From positions 3,213-67,212 of the forward strand of contig JBBARF010000002.1 in NCBI GenBank assembly GCA_040399925.1: a stretch of DNA of 64,000 nt. Reading direction: 5' to 3'. The notes under the pieces are model-generated. The model ran no database searches. It had not been told where the DNA came from and was given only the letters and a program-made list of their open reading frames with translations. The position numbers and the translations under genes were made by a program. The DNA comes from Bacteriovoracaceae bacterium. GTDB taxonomy: Bacteria > Bdellovibrionota > Bacteriovoracia > Bacteriovoracales > Bacteriovoracaceae. This document shows positions 45,770 through 55,968 of the stretch, piece by piece; the first letter of the stretch is position 1, and every line of letters starts with the position of its first letter.

Positions 45770-46575
45770 TGGGTTTAAATATGGATGACATAAGTAAAAA
45801 GAATACAATTTTCTGGAATGAGATGTGTGGAAGCACATTGGCTAAGAAACTTGGTCTAAAAAATTTTTCCTCTCAGGAATTGAAAAAGTTTGATGACGAT
45901 TTTTTTAATGTTTATTGTTATTTATTAAACTACTTCAATGAAAATGAATTACGAACTTCTCAGGTTGCTGAATTTGGTCTTGGTTACGGCTCTCTCAGTC
46001 AGTTTTTAGCTACCAAATCTAAAAGCTACACTGGTGTCGATATAGCACAGGGACCAGTTTCCATTGTTAACGACCGAATCTCTCAACAGAAATTAAATGA
46101 TAAAGCCTCTGCTCTTCAGGGGTCCGCACTTGAGATGCCATTCGAAGATAATAGTCTGGATTTGGTGGTCTCAATCGGCTGCTTTCACCATACGGGTAAT
46201 TTCAAAAAGTGCATTGATGAGACATACAGGGTCCTTCGTCCGGGCGGAAAGGCGATCCTTATGGTTTATAATAAATATTCTTATAGAAGATGGTTTGGAT
46301 GGCCTGTTAAGACTATGGCCAGTCTGCTTAAAATAAAAAACATTCAAGTAGATAGTGATGAACGAGCCGAGTATGACCTTGATACAAAAGGTAATTCAGC
46401 CCCCGAAACACAGTTCTATTCAATAGTCGAAGTGAAATCGATCTCTAAAAACTTCAGCAGTGTTCAAGTTCACAAAGAGAACTGGAGTTCAAAATATCCG
46501 AGTCTCCGTATCAAAACTTTCCCGAAGCTTGGTAACTTTTGTGGTTCAGATTTATATATAAAATTAGAAAAATAA
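45769..46575 (+). CDS. Class I SAM-dependent methyltransferase
   Basis: AEFGLGYG, GVDIA, GSALEMPFEDNSLDLV, HH, RVLRPGG. Confidence 0.88.
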   Translation: MGLNMDDISKKNTIFWNEMCGSTLAKKLGLKNFSSQELKKFDDDFFNVYCYLLNYFNENELRTSQVAEFGLGYGSLSQFLATKSKSYTGVDIAQGPVSIVNDRISQQKLNDKASALQGSALEMPFEDNSLDLVVSIGCFHHTGNFKKCIDETYRVLRPGGKAILMVYNKYSYRRWFGWPVKTMASLLKIKNIQVDSDERAEYDLDTKGNSAPETQFYSIVEVKSISKNFSSVQVHKENWSSKYPSLRIKTFPKLGNFCGSDLYIKLEK

Positions 46576-47633
46576 GAAAAAATAAGGGTTTTATGAAAAG
46601 TTTCAATAATACTAAAGTATTAATCGTTGGCGGCGCAGGATTTGTAGGAAGCAACTTAACAAAGATGATTCTTAATGAAAACAAAGATGCAACTGTTTGG
46701 ATTGTAGATAACCTCCTTTCTGCCGAGAGAGAGAATCTTCCTGAAGACTCACGTATAAAGTTTATTTTAGGTTCAATTGCTGACGATAAAATTCTCTCCC
46801 TCCTCGATGATTCATTTGATTATGTTTTTCATCTTTCAACTTTTCACGGAAACCAGAGCTCGATTCATGATCCAATCAAAGATCATGAAAATAATACCCT
46901 GACGACTTTGAAACTGATGAACCACATGAAGGATTACAAATTTCTTAAAAAGATGGTTTATTCAGCGGCCGGTTGTTCTGCTGCGAAGAAAACTTATGGT
47001 GAAGCGGAGGCTACTACTGAAGAAGCTCCTCTTTCAGTCATGCAAGATAGTCCATATTCGATCTCTAAAGTCATTGGTGAGTATTACGCTGTTTATTTTA
47101 ATAAACAGCATGGATTACCTACAGTGAGAGCAAGATTCCAGAACGTATATGGTCCAGGTGAAGTCCTTGGAGCTGGAGAATGGCGAGGAACCGTACACAC
47201 TGTTTGGAGAAATGTTACGCCGACTTTTGTTTATAAGTCACTGAAAGGAGAAAAACTTCCATTACATAATGGTGGTGATGCTTCCAGGGATTTCATTTTT
47301 GTTGATGATATTTGTAAAGGTTTAATGGCTTGCGCTCTTAAAGGGACTGCCGGGGATGTTTATAATATTGCTTCTGGGAACGAGGTAACGATCAGAGAAT
47401 GGGCAGAGCTTATTTGTGAACTCACTGACAATCTTCGAGGGGTAGAACTCTTACCTAAGCGCGACTGGGACACATCAGGTAAGAGATTTGGATCCACTGA
47501 CAAAGCAGAAAAAGAATTAGGATTCAAGGCCAGAATTCATTACAAAGATGGAATTAAAACTACGGTTGAATGGACTAAGGCGAATCTATCCAGAATCGAT
47601 AAAACAATTCAAAAACATTCTAAATATCTCTAA
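46539..47633 (+). CDS. wbmF: Extended SDR, WbmF-like putative 3,5-epimerase
   Basis: DNLLSAE, HGNQSSIHDP..DHENNTLTTLKL, YSAAGCS, GAGEWRGT..TVWRNVTPTF, WDTSGKRFGS. The real start may be ATG46593. Confidence 0.85.
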   Translation: MWFRFIYKIRKIRKNKGFMKSFNNTKVLIVGGAGFVGSNLTKMILNENKDATVWIVDNLLSAERENLPEDSRIKFILGSIADDKILSLLDDSFDYVFHLSTFHGNQSSIHDPIKDHENNTLTTLKLMNHMKDYKFLKKMVYSAAGCSAAKKTYGEAEATTEEAPLSVMQDSPYSISKVIGEYYAVYFNKQHGLPTVRARFQNVYGPGEVLGAGEWRGTVHTVWRNVTPTFVYKSLKGEKLPLHNGGDASRDFIFVDDICKGLMACALKGTAGDVYNIASGNEVTIREWAELICELTDNLRGVELLPKRDWDTSGKRFGSTDKAEKELGFKARIHYKDGIKTTVEWTKANLSRIDKTIQKHSKYL

Positions 47634-47660
47634 CCTCAATTCGGATCAGAAGTAGGTCTT

Positions 47661-49394
47661 ATGTGCGGAATTGCGGGTATAGTTCTAAGTAAGCCCAGCT
47701 CAGGCAAATCAGCCGAGCTAGGGCAGCTCATAGACCTTTTAAAACACCGGGGTCCTGACGCTAAAGGATTGTGGTCTTCAAAAGATAATAAAGCTCATTT
47801 TAGCCATGCTCGACTTTCGATTTTAGACTTAAGTGATGTCGGGAATCAGCCTTTTGTATCGGTAGACGATAGATTTACAATTGTTTTCAACGGTGAAATT
47901 TATAACTACAAAGCACTTAGAATTGAGTGTGAAAACCTGGGTTCTCAGTTTAAGAGCAATAGCGATACTGAAGTTGTCATTGAAATGTACAGGCACTTTG
48001 GAATTGGTTGTTTTAAAAAATTCCGTGGTATGTGGGCTATTGTTCTGCATGACCAAATAAAGCAGCAAGTTATTGTTTCCCGCGATCCATTCGGGATTAA
48101 GCCGTTATATTATAGTCTGTCGGAAGGTGAGTTCTATTTTGCTTCAGAACCCTCTGCTCTGAGTAAGGTCATAAAAAACGGTAGACAGGTAGATGAGGTA
48201 TCAAAAGAGCTTTATCTAGATCATGGAGTATTAGACAGAGGCCAATGGACTTTCTTCAAGAAAATCAAAAAAGTTCCTCAAAGTTGTTACTCAATTCTCA
48301 ATTTGAATGGAGAACTTGATCAAATAGTATTCAGTACCTATTGGGATTTTGACGATTATCCTAAATTGAAATTTAACAATCTCGATGAATGGACAGATGC
48401 TTTTAAGAAAAAGTTAAAAGAATCGATAGAACTCCATACAGTTTCAGACGTTGAAATCGGGGCTACCCTGAGCGGAGGTCTGGATTCTTCAAGTATAGTA
48501 GCCTTTCTTCATTCAAATAGTCATAAATTCAAAACCTTCTCATCTGATTTTTCTTCAGTGGATAAAAATATTGATGAAACTCATTTTGTAGATTTGGTAT
48601 GTAATTCACTAAAGATTCAAAATTACAAAACTGCTCCCGAGATCAAGGATTTCGAGCGTTGCTTTGATGAAGTCGTCTCAGCCCAGGGTGAACCATTTCC
48701 AACATGCAGTATCTTGTCTCAGTTTTTTGTATATAAATTGATTGCAGACAATAAAGTGAAAGTTGTTCTTGGTGGACAAGGTGCAGATGAAACTTTAGGA
48801 GGATATTCATATCTTCAAAAGTTAATTATAGATGAGTTCAAAAGAATAAATCCGTTCAGATATGTCTACGAATTGATACTTTTCTATTTTATTCATAAAC
48901 AAAAGCCTGTCATCAAAAATTCTTTTTATTCTCATTCCAGTCATTCGTCCCAGGTTAAAGACTTCATTAATTTTACTTACGACGGAACTGTGGCTGAAAG
49001 ATTGAAATCTTTGAACTTTAAACCTCAGGGTTACAACGAATATTTGAAGTACTTAGTTTTCGAATCCAACCTTCCTCAAATTCTAAGATATGAAGATCGA
49101 AACTCCATGCATTTCTCCATTGAGAGCAGAGTTCCATTCCTGGATCCTGAACTGGTGAATCTTTGTTTCCAAATACCAGTAGGTTTCCGTTATAAAGCAG
49201 GTTTTTCGAAATTACTTTTAAGAGAGGTTTTGAAAGGATTAGTTCCAGAAGCCGTCAGGACAAGACGTGGTAAGTTAGGATTTCCTGGTCCTGATCAGCA
49301 GGTATTCAAGAAATTAACTGGTAAAGATCTTGATTCAACGGGTAGTAGGTTGTGGCGCCAAATGTCTTATGATTATTGGGAAAAAAAACTATGA
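47661..49394 (+). CDS. asnB: Asparagine-synthase-type amidotransferase, copy 2
   Basis: MCGIAG, HRGPD, SGGLDSS, GQGADE, EDRNSM..SIESRVPFLD. Confidence 0.9.
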   Translation: MCGIAGIVLSKPSSGKSAELGQLIDLLKHRGPDAKGLWSSKDNKAHFSHARLSILDLSDVGNQPFVSVDDRFTIVFNGEIYNYKALRIECENLGSQFKSNSDTEVVIEMYRHFGIGCFKKFRGMWAIVLHDQIKQQVIVSRDPFGIKPLYYSLSEGEFYFASEPSALSKVIKNGRQVDEVSKELYLDHGVLDRGQWTFFKKIKKVPQSCYSILNLNGELDQIVFSTYWDFDDYPKLKFNNLDEWTDAFKKKLKESIELHTVSDVEIGATLSGGLDSSSIVAFLHSNSHKFKTFSSDFSSVDKNIDETHFVDLVCNSLKIQNYKTAPEIKDFERCFDEVVSAQGEPFPTCSILSQFFVYKLIADNKVKVVLGGQGADETLGGYSYLQKLIIDEFKRINPFRYVYELILFYFIHKQKPVIKNSFYSHSSHSSQVKDFINFTYDGTVAERLKSLNFKPQGYNEYLKYLVFESNLPQILRYEDRNSMHFSIESRVPFLDPELVNLCFQIPVGFRYKAGFSKLLLREVLKGLVPEAVRTRRGKLGFPGPDQQVFKKLTGKDLDSTGSRLWRQMSYDYWEKKL

Positions 49395-51769
49395 ACATCT
49401 CGAAATTAGAAAATTTTGACTGCGTTATCATGCTTACCTTTTCCGATTGGTTTACTGAAATGCGTAGCAATCGCTTCCATTATGCAAAAAGATTTGGTCA
49501 AAACACGAAAGTTTTTTTTATTCAAGTAAACGGCTCAAGTAGTACCTTGAGATTTTACGATACAGAATTTCCGAATGTTCAGGTTCTGAGAATTAACGCT
49601 GCTGAAAGTATTGATGGCTTCAATCGGGCCTTGAAACACATTCGAGATGCAAGTTATAAGAAGCCATTGTTTTGGGTCTACAATCCAAATTTTTCTAACC
49701 TCTTAATGGCCCTAAAAAACCCTCAGGTTGTTTATCATGCCACTGAAGATTATTTTTCTCCTGAGTTTCATCATGACTATTCATTCATTAGAAAAGTTAA
49801 AGAGATCGTCTCTATGTCCTGCTTGGTTGTTGCTGTTTCTGATGGAGTCGCTGAAAGCATTCTTAAAAATACATCAACTTCTAATAAACTTATCGTTGCC
49901 CCAAATGGTTGTGATTTTGAGACATGGAGCGCTTGTAAAGATGTTCCCAAAAAACGAGCGGTTGTTTATCAGGGTGGCATTAATAAGAAATTAGACTTTG
50001 AATTGTTAGAATTTATTGTAGACGACAATCCTGAGACTGAATTTGTCTTTTACGGGATGGTAAATAGCATTGTTAAAGGATGGGACAAGCTTCTCTCAAA
50101 AAAAAATGTAGTCTTCAAAGGCAAGTTTCCTATTGAAGATCTTGTCAAAGAGGTCTCTTCTTATAAAGTGGGGATAATTCCTTTCTTGAAAACTGACCTG
50201 ATGGTTAAAAGATCTTTACCCCTTAAGTTTTATGAATATTTGAGTGCTGGATTAGATGTCGTATCAATATCAATCGATAGTCTCCCTAAGAGCCTGTATC
50301 ATTCTGCCGATACCTATAAGGATTTCTCTGATGAGATCAAGAAAGCCCTGGCCCGTACTCTTTCCCCTGAGGTTATTGAATCGAATTTACAATCTTGTAA
50401 GAAATCTGATTACAGTTCAGCCTTCAATTTGGTTTCAAAAACATTGAATGAGTCACCCCCTAAGATGACCAAGAGACTTAGGGGAATTCTATTAGTAGAC
50501 ATCGATTCATTGGCCAACCAGGCAGTTAAGCAACATGTAGACGGCATTATCTCTGCATCATCATTTGAAATTGAGATAATGGATATAAGATATTTTTCCC
50601 GACTTAAGCCTGAAAACCTTCATTTCGTAGATGTAATCTTTGTTCATTTTTGTTTAAGAGTTTTTGGCACGCTCTTCACTCCCAGAACTATCAAATTGCT
50701 CAGACGCTTTGAGGGCCATAAGGCACTCTTTATTCAGGATGAGTACGATGAATTTCTGAAGACTCGTAAGCGATTGTTGGCGATGCAGTTTAGTGTTATT
50801 TATACCTGCGTTCCTGAAAAATTCGTTGAAACTGTTTATCCTAAGAAGATTTTCTCAGACACTCAATTCCTAACTTGTTTCACTGGCTACATTACTCAGG
50901 AGCTTCTGGACTTAAAAGCGAAGCTTGCTTTGAGAAAAGAGGAAAGAACTATTGATATCTTTTATCGTGGGCGAATTCTCCCTCTGGAGTATGGAAGCCT
51001 GGGTTATCAAAAGTATATTATTGGTAAGCATCTGAAGGAATTATTGATCAAAGACGGAAGAGATCTATCATCTGATATAGAAGTTGACGATTCTCTCCGT
51101 ATCTATGGCAATGAGTGGTATGTAAGACTATTAAAATCTAAAACTATGCTTGGTACAGAGAGTGGATCTAATGTTTTTGATTTTGATGGTAAGTTATCTC
51201 AATGTCTGCAGGAACTAAGACAATCAAACATGGAGTTGAAGAAGAAGATTGAGGTTCTTTCTAGCAAGTATGAAGGTTTGGTAGAGATGAATCAAGTTTC
51301 TCCAAAAATATTTGAAATGTTTGCATCAGGATGTGTTCCTATACTCTTCAAAGGTAATTACTCCGGACTCATTACCCCTAACGACAATTACATAAGTCTC
51401 GAGCACGACTTTAGTAATCTCGATGAAGTTTTAAAACTGGTAAAAGATAATAAGGAATTAGACCAAATTCGCGAAAACAATTTTAGATTTATTGAAAATC
51501 GAAAAGATGTTTATTTCGAAAACTTTGTCGGGTCGAAAGTATCCGATTATCTGAATAATTCCATCGTTTTTTATCCTAAAAAGAATGAAGAAAAAATCTA
51601 CCTGGTTATGAGGGAGAATCTCTCATTGATGCTTTCGCCAACGAATGTGAAGAATTTTATTAAACGAAGCCTGGTCATTTCACTTAAGCGAACGCTCATG
51701 ACTTCTTCGAAGTATTTTAAATTCGATCCTGATCAAGTCTACGATCGAATTAAATCTTTGCTTGCATAG
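49391..51769 (+). CDS. Two-domain glycosyltransferase-like protein (TuaH/GT4-like N-terminal half, second GT-B-like C-terminal half)
   Basis: N-terminal half: WVYNP, YHATED, PNGCD, GIIPF, PLKFYEYL. C-terminal half: FIQDEY, IFYRG, ESGSNVFDFDG, SPKIFE. ATG49391 gives a 4-bp overlap with the upstream gene. Confidence 0.7.
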   Translation: MNISKLENFDCVIMLTFSDWFTEMRSNRFHYAKRFGQNTKVFFIQVNGSSSTLRFYDTEFPNVQVLRINAAESIDGFNRALKHIRDASYKKPLFWVYNPNFSNLLMALKNPQVVYHATEDYFSPEFHHDYSFIRKVKEIVSMSCLVVAVSDGVAESILKNTSTSNKLIVAPNGCDFETWSACKDVPKKRAVVYQGGINKKLDFELLEFIVDDNPETEFVFYGMVNSIVKGWDKLLSKKNVVFKGKFPIEDLVKEVSSYKVGIIPFLKTDLMVKRSLPLKFYEYLSAGLDVVSISIDSLPKSLYHSADTYKDFSDEIKKALARTLSPEVIESNLQSCKKSDYSSAFNLVSKTLNESPPKMTKRLRGILLVDIDSLANQAVKQHVDGIISASSFEIEIMDIRYFSRLKPENLHFVDVIFVHFCLRVFGTLFTPRTIKLLRRFEGHKALFIQDEYDEFLKTRKRLLAMQFSVIYTCVPEKFVETVYPKKIFSDTQFLTCFTGYITQELLDLKAKLALRKEERTIDIFYRGRILPLEYGSLGYQKYIIGKHLKELLIKDGRDLSSDIEVDDSLRIYGNEWYVRLLKSKTMLGTESGSNVFDFDGKLSQCLQELRQSNMELKKKIEVLSSKYEGLVEMNQVSPKIFEMFASGCVPILFKGNYSGLITPNDNYISLEHDFSNLDEVLKLVKDNKELDQIRENNFRFIENRKDVYFENFVGSKVSDYLNNSIVFYPKKNEEKIYLVMRENLSLMLSPTNVKNFIKRSLVISLKRTLMTSSKYFKFDPDQVYDRIKSLLA

Positions 51770-51778
51770 GCAGCAGGG

Positions 51779-52693
51779 TTAAAGCTTTCTTATTTCAAAG
51801 ACAGCGTCGATTCCTGCGACATTGTTCTTCCATGATGGAATAAGCTTAGAATCATAGGTCAAATCGAGAAGAAACTTTCTGCTTTCAGCTGGAAGATCCT
51901 GGTGCATAAGAGCGACAGGAATGTCTTTGATCAAACTTAATTCAAAAAGCGATGCAGCAGCTCCACAGAATTTGGCTTCAAATCCAGATTCCTGGAGAAT
52001 CTTTATGAATTCTTCGGGGGTGTAGCACTTAGCAATCGGACAATTAATTCCGTCAGTCGTTTTTGTGAATGCTTGTTTAAGGCTAAGATCTTTGAAGCTC
52101 GGATCACAAATCTTTTTGGTATAGGCCACGTAAAGATGTACCCAGATACTGTCGTAGTTATAAATCATTATTCTACCAGTTCCACCCGGCTTCAAAATAC
52201 GGTGGAATTCTTTGATGACGCTTTTTTCGTCATCGATATGATGCAGCACGCCCGAACAATTGATATAATCAACTGAGTTTTCAGGAATTTCTATTTGAGA
52301 TTTTTTCGGATCAATAGCAATCAAATCGGCTTCAATTTTATGCATATTGAGCCGTTTTTTGGATTCTTCAAGGGATACTCTGGAAACGTCAGCACCTATC
52401 AATTTCTTGGGTTTTGAGAAGGTTCCTAGACCTACAAGATCATGACCGGGGCCACAGCCGTAATCAAGAATAGTTAAATTATCAAAATTTCTATGAGGCA
52501 TTAATTCAATGTATCCAGGATACTGGTCATTTCTCCAATCCAGGTAGTTCAGAGACTCAGCCACTGTTAGAAATTCTTTGTGCTGTGTAACATTGTGATC
52601 TTCCCAGTACTTTCTAACTTCCACGACAGAAGTGAGAAAAGGAAGGTTATTACCCAATATCTTTTTTACAACTTTACGAAGCATAATCACCAA
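51779..52693 (-). CDS. Class I SAM-dependent methyltransferase
   Basis: ILDYGCGPG, GADVS, GVLHH, RILKPGG. Confidence 0.9.
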   Translation of the reverse strand: MVIMLRKVVKKILGNNLPFLTSVVEVRKYWEDHNVTQHKEFLTVAESLNYLDWRNDQYPGYIELMPHRNFDNLTILDYGCGPGHDLVGLGTFSKPKKLIGADVSRVSLEESKKRLNMHKIEADLIAIDPKKSQIEIPENSVDYINCSGVLHHIDDEKSVIKEFHRILKPGGTGRIMIYNYDSIWVHLYVAYTKKICDPSFKDLSLKQAFTKTTDGINCPIAKCYTPEEFIKILQESGFEAKFCGAAASLFELSLIKDIPVALMHQDLPAESRKFLLDLTYDSKLIPSWKNNVAGIDAVFEIRKL

Positions 52694-52808
52694 TCCACTT
52701 TAGTTAGGGTGCACAGCATTGATATTCTGATTTAGTAAATATACTATGCTTTTTAAATGAAGTAATTTGAAAAAACTGTATTGAGTTGGCTTAGTAACTG
52801 GAAAATGA

Positions 52809-54137
52809 ATGCACAAAAGTCTCTTATTTGTAGGCCAATGTTATTACAATAACTTTTTTCTCTCTCAAGCCTTGAGAGAAAGAGATTGGCACGTAGAATC
52901 TCTAAGCATAGATCCGAATCCTGAATCTCAAAAATATTACTGGAGCCAGGACCCACTTCTTCCGCAGGATAAAGATGCAAGAATTGAGTTTTTTCTTAAT
53001 TCCCTTTTAAAATTTCAAATATTTCATTTTGCTAATCGTGGTGGAATATCTTTCATAACTTCCTATTCAAATGAAGATCTAACACCTTCTGAAATTGCGA
53101 AATATATTTTTCTGCTGCCCCTTTGGTTCTCTTTTAGAATTGTATTTAGATATAATATAAAACTATTTCTTAATCTGTTGAGTTTTATGGGATTAGGAAA
53201 GATAGAGCTTAACAAGTTTACAGTTTCATACCGACATAAAAAAATTCATAGAATTACGCATGTTTTTTATGATTTCTTACCAAGACATTGGGATCTTATG
53301 ATTCTTAAGGCTCTTGGAAAAAAAATTGTTTATACCAACAATGGTTGTCATGATGGGGTAACACCAAAAACTTTTTCAACATGGGGCCCGCATAATGTGT
53401 GCAGTATCTGTGCTTGGAATGGCACAAAAGTGTGTACAAATTCTGATGCTGAGAGATGGGGTAAATTCAGGAATTTTATGTCTGATTTTCAGATTCTTTC
53501 TGGAGGTAACAGAGCTGACTATAATCTCAACTCTAGTATACATGAGGTCCCTGAGTTTTACTGTCTTGATAAAGAATTATGGAAGCCGAACCTTGAAATT
53601 CCAGAGAAATATAAGCTAAATTTCCCCAAGGATGTAGTTAAGATTTATCATTCAGTGGGGAACTACAACGCTAGAACAAAAGATGGAGTGAACATCAAAT
53701 GCAGTCATATTTACTTTCCTTTGATTGAGGAACTTAAAAGAGAAGGCTACAAGGTTGAACTCGTGTTTTGTGAAGGCATCCCAATTAAAGATGTTCGATT
53801 CATTATGGGGCAATGTGATATCATTGCTGACATGTTAACTTTTGGATGGTTTGGAGCGAATGTTAGAGAAGGACTCATGCTAGGTATACCTACAATTTGC
53901 TTCTTAAGGCCTGAATGGTTAGCTAGTGCTAATCGAGAAAAACCAGACTATGTAAAAGAACTTCCAATTATAAATGCTTCACCAGAGAACATAAAAAAAT
54001 ATCTTATTGAGTTGATATGTAATGAGGCTTTAAGAAAGGAAGTCGGTAGGAAATCGCGTAAATTTGCAATCAAGTGGCATTCTAAAGAGGTTGGTGGCGA
54101 AATAATGGACCAGATCTACACAAATCTTATGAGTTAA
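52809..54137 (+). CDS. GT-B-fold glycosyltransferase-like protein
   Basis: C-terminal CDIIADML..GWFG....EGLMLGIPTI..PIINASPE is GT4-like. Confidence 0.65.
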   Translation: MHKSLLFVGQCYYNNFFLSQALRERDWHVESLSIDPNPESQKYYWSQDPLLPQDKDARIEFFLNSLLKFQIFHFANRGGISFITSYSNEDLTPSEIAKYIFLLPLWFSFRIVFRYNIKLFLNLLSFMGLGKIELNKFTVSYRHKKIHRITHVFYDFLPRHWDLMILKALGKKIVYTNNGCHDGVTPKTFSTWGPHNVCSICAWNGTKVCTNSDAERWGKFRNFMSDFQILSGGNRADYNLNSSIHEVPEFYCLDKELWKPNLEIPEKYKLNFPKDVVKIYHSVGNYNARTKDGVNIKCSHIYFPLIEELKREGYKVELVFCEGIPIKDVRFIMGQCDIIADMLTFGWFGANVREGLMLGIPTICFLRPEWLASANREKPDYVKELPIINASPENIKKYLIELICNEALRKEVGRKSRKFAIKWHSKEVGGEIMDQIYTNLMS

Positions 54138-54140
54138 AAG

Positions 54141-54953
54141 CTATAAAACAATACGCTTTATCGAAGAAATATCTCCTTCCGACACCATACTCCGAACTGC
54201 TTCAACTTCTTCCATTGATAATCTTTTTCCAAATCTAATAGTTTCATTTTCGGTCTCTAGATAGGCGCCAGCTAATGGTGGAATTTGAGCTCGTATGATG
54301 TTGAATATTGTTCTATCTGTCATATTGCTAAAGTCAATTTTTGGAAAATCGGAATTTAAGCGCGGATTGGTTGTAGCATCTTGTTCCTGTTGAGTTACAG
54401 GCAACAACTTATTAATCAATATCTCATCAAGCTTACTTTCGATGATTTGATTGGAAGCTTCTTTCAGTTTTACCATCAACGTTACCCATGTGTCGTGTTC
54501 TTCAATCAACACTGTTTCTTGATATAGAATAGGACCCTGATCAATTGTGTCACTCAGGTGGTGGACTGTAACTCCAGTTTCAAATTCGTTTTTTATAATT
54601 GACCATTGGATTGGATTCGGTCCTCTATTCTTGGGTAATTTTGACCAATGAATATTAATAGCTCTATCTGGAAATTTTTCTAATAAGTTTTGTCTAATGA
54701 TAAGTGAATATTGATTTGAGATTATGTGAGACAGATTAAGATCTAAAATTTTCTTCGAGAATGTTTCATATTCTGGCGAATCATAGGGAGGCTGAGTGAG
54801 TATTTCGATGTTGTTAATCGAGCAGAATTTGTCCATTTCTTCTAGTTTCTCAAACCGATTGTGAGCTCTGACCACCAATTTGATTTTCTCTTTCAGAGGG
54901 GATCTTTCGAATTGAAAAAGTCCCAGGTAATTAGTGAATAAGGCAATTTTCAT
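54141..54953 (-). CDS. Sugar N-formyltransferase (Fmt-like; WbmR/WbmU-type)
   Basis: INIHWSKLPKNRGPNP, GVTVH, IDQGPI, followed by a Formyl_trans_C-like region. Confidence 0.8.
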   Translation of the reverse strand: MKIALFTNYLGLFQFERSPLKEKIKLVVRAHNRFEKLEEMDKFCSINNIEILTQPPYDSPEYETFSKKILDLNLSHIISNQYSLIIRQNLLEKFPDRAINIHWSKLPKNRGPNPIQWSIIKNEFETGVTVHHLSDTIDQGPILYQETVLIEEHDTWVTLMVKLKEASNQIIESKLDEILINKLLPVTQQEQDATTNPRLNSDFPKIDFSNMTDRTIFNIIRAQIPPLAGAYLETENETIRFGKRLSMEEVEAVRSMVSEGDISSIKRIVL

Positions 54954-55086
54954 TTCAAATTCTTCCTGGGATTACGGATACTTTTAGAGCCTGGACATGG
55001 TGCGTCGCAAAGTAATCTTATAGGTTTTAAATATCATTTTTAGAACAATTAATGTAAATTTTGAAGTCAATTTTAATCATGCAATT

Positions 55087-55968
55087 ATGCGAGTCCAAAC
55101 AATGACGCAATCTCTCGTTAGTGAGGCAAAAGTATATCTTCCTCAGTCTGTTTTGAGAGAGCCGAATGTTTTTTTTAGATCAGCCCTTAAGGATCTTGGC
55201 CTTTCATTCCATATTGCGTGGGCAATCTTTTACAGAGATTTTTCTGCGAAATATCGCCAGACTTTTACTGGTTACTTAAGTGCGATTGTCCCTGTACTCA
55301 TCACAACCATCAGTTTTGTTTTTTTACAAAAATCCAATATTATTAATTTTTCGGAAGCAAATATTGATTATGGTAGTTTTATATTCATCAATACAATTTT
55401 CTGGGAACTTTTTTCAGAAAGTTGCTTAGGGCCTACCCGAGAAATTCAAAATAATGTTTCATCAATTATTAGATTGAATTTTCCAAGAGAATCAATTTTT
55501 CTGGCAAGTTTTTTAAATGTCATGTCGAACTTTATTGTAAAAATTCTGATTGCTCTTGTTTTCTCTTATTTCTTGCAAATTAAATTGTCATGGAATTTGG
55601 TACTCCTCATACCAATGTTAATTGGATTACTCACCTTTGGATTTTTAATAGGTCTTTTAGTTCTGCCTCTCTCTATACTTTATTCTGATTTTAAGCTTGT
55701 AGTTGATGTAATTTTGAGATTGGCTTTTTTCTTAACTCCTATAACTTATCAAATTGATTATGCAAAGCTTGGTCATTCTTGGATTCCTAAATTCAATATC
55801 CTTGGTTACTATTTCACAAATATAAAAGAGATTATCTTCCTAGGTCAGTTTCCACCCAATTTGAATTTGATATGTTTATTTTCTCTCCTGAGTTTTTCTT
55901 TTCTTTTTTTTGGTTGGATACTTTATCGAATTTCTATTCCCATCCTGATTGAGAGAATGCCCTCATGA
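55087..55968 (+). CDS. wzm: ABC-2 polysaccharide export permease (Wzm)
   Basis: RDFSAKYRQT, NFPRE, AFFLTPITY, about 6 TM helices. Confidence 0.9.
   Translation: MRVQTMTQSLVSEAKVYLPQSVLREPNVFFRSALKDLGLSFHIAWAIFYRDFSAKYRQTFTGYLSAIVPVLITTISFVFLQKSNIINFSEANIDYGSFIFINTIFWELFSESCLGPTREIQNNVSSIIRLNFPRESIFLASFLNVMSNFIVKILIALVFSYFLQIKLSWNLVLLIPMLIGLLTFGFLIGLLVLPLSILYSDFKLVVDVILRLAFFLTPITYQIDYAKLGHSWIPKFNILGYYFTNIKEIIFLGQFPPNLNLICLFSLLSFSFLFFGWILYRISIPILIERMPS

Noticed and set aside
54141-54953. Housekeeping methionyl-tRNA formyltransferase (fmt)
   Set aside because: It is shorter, lacks the typical fmt N-terminal motif, has no def neighbour, and sits in a glycan locus.
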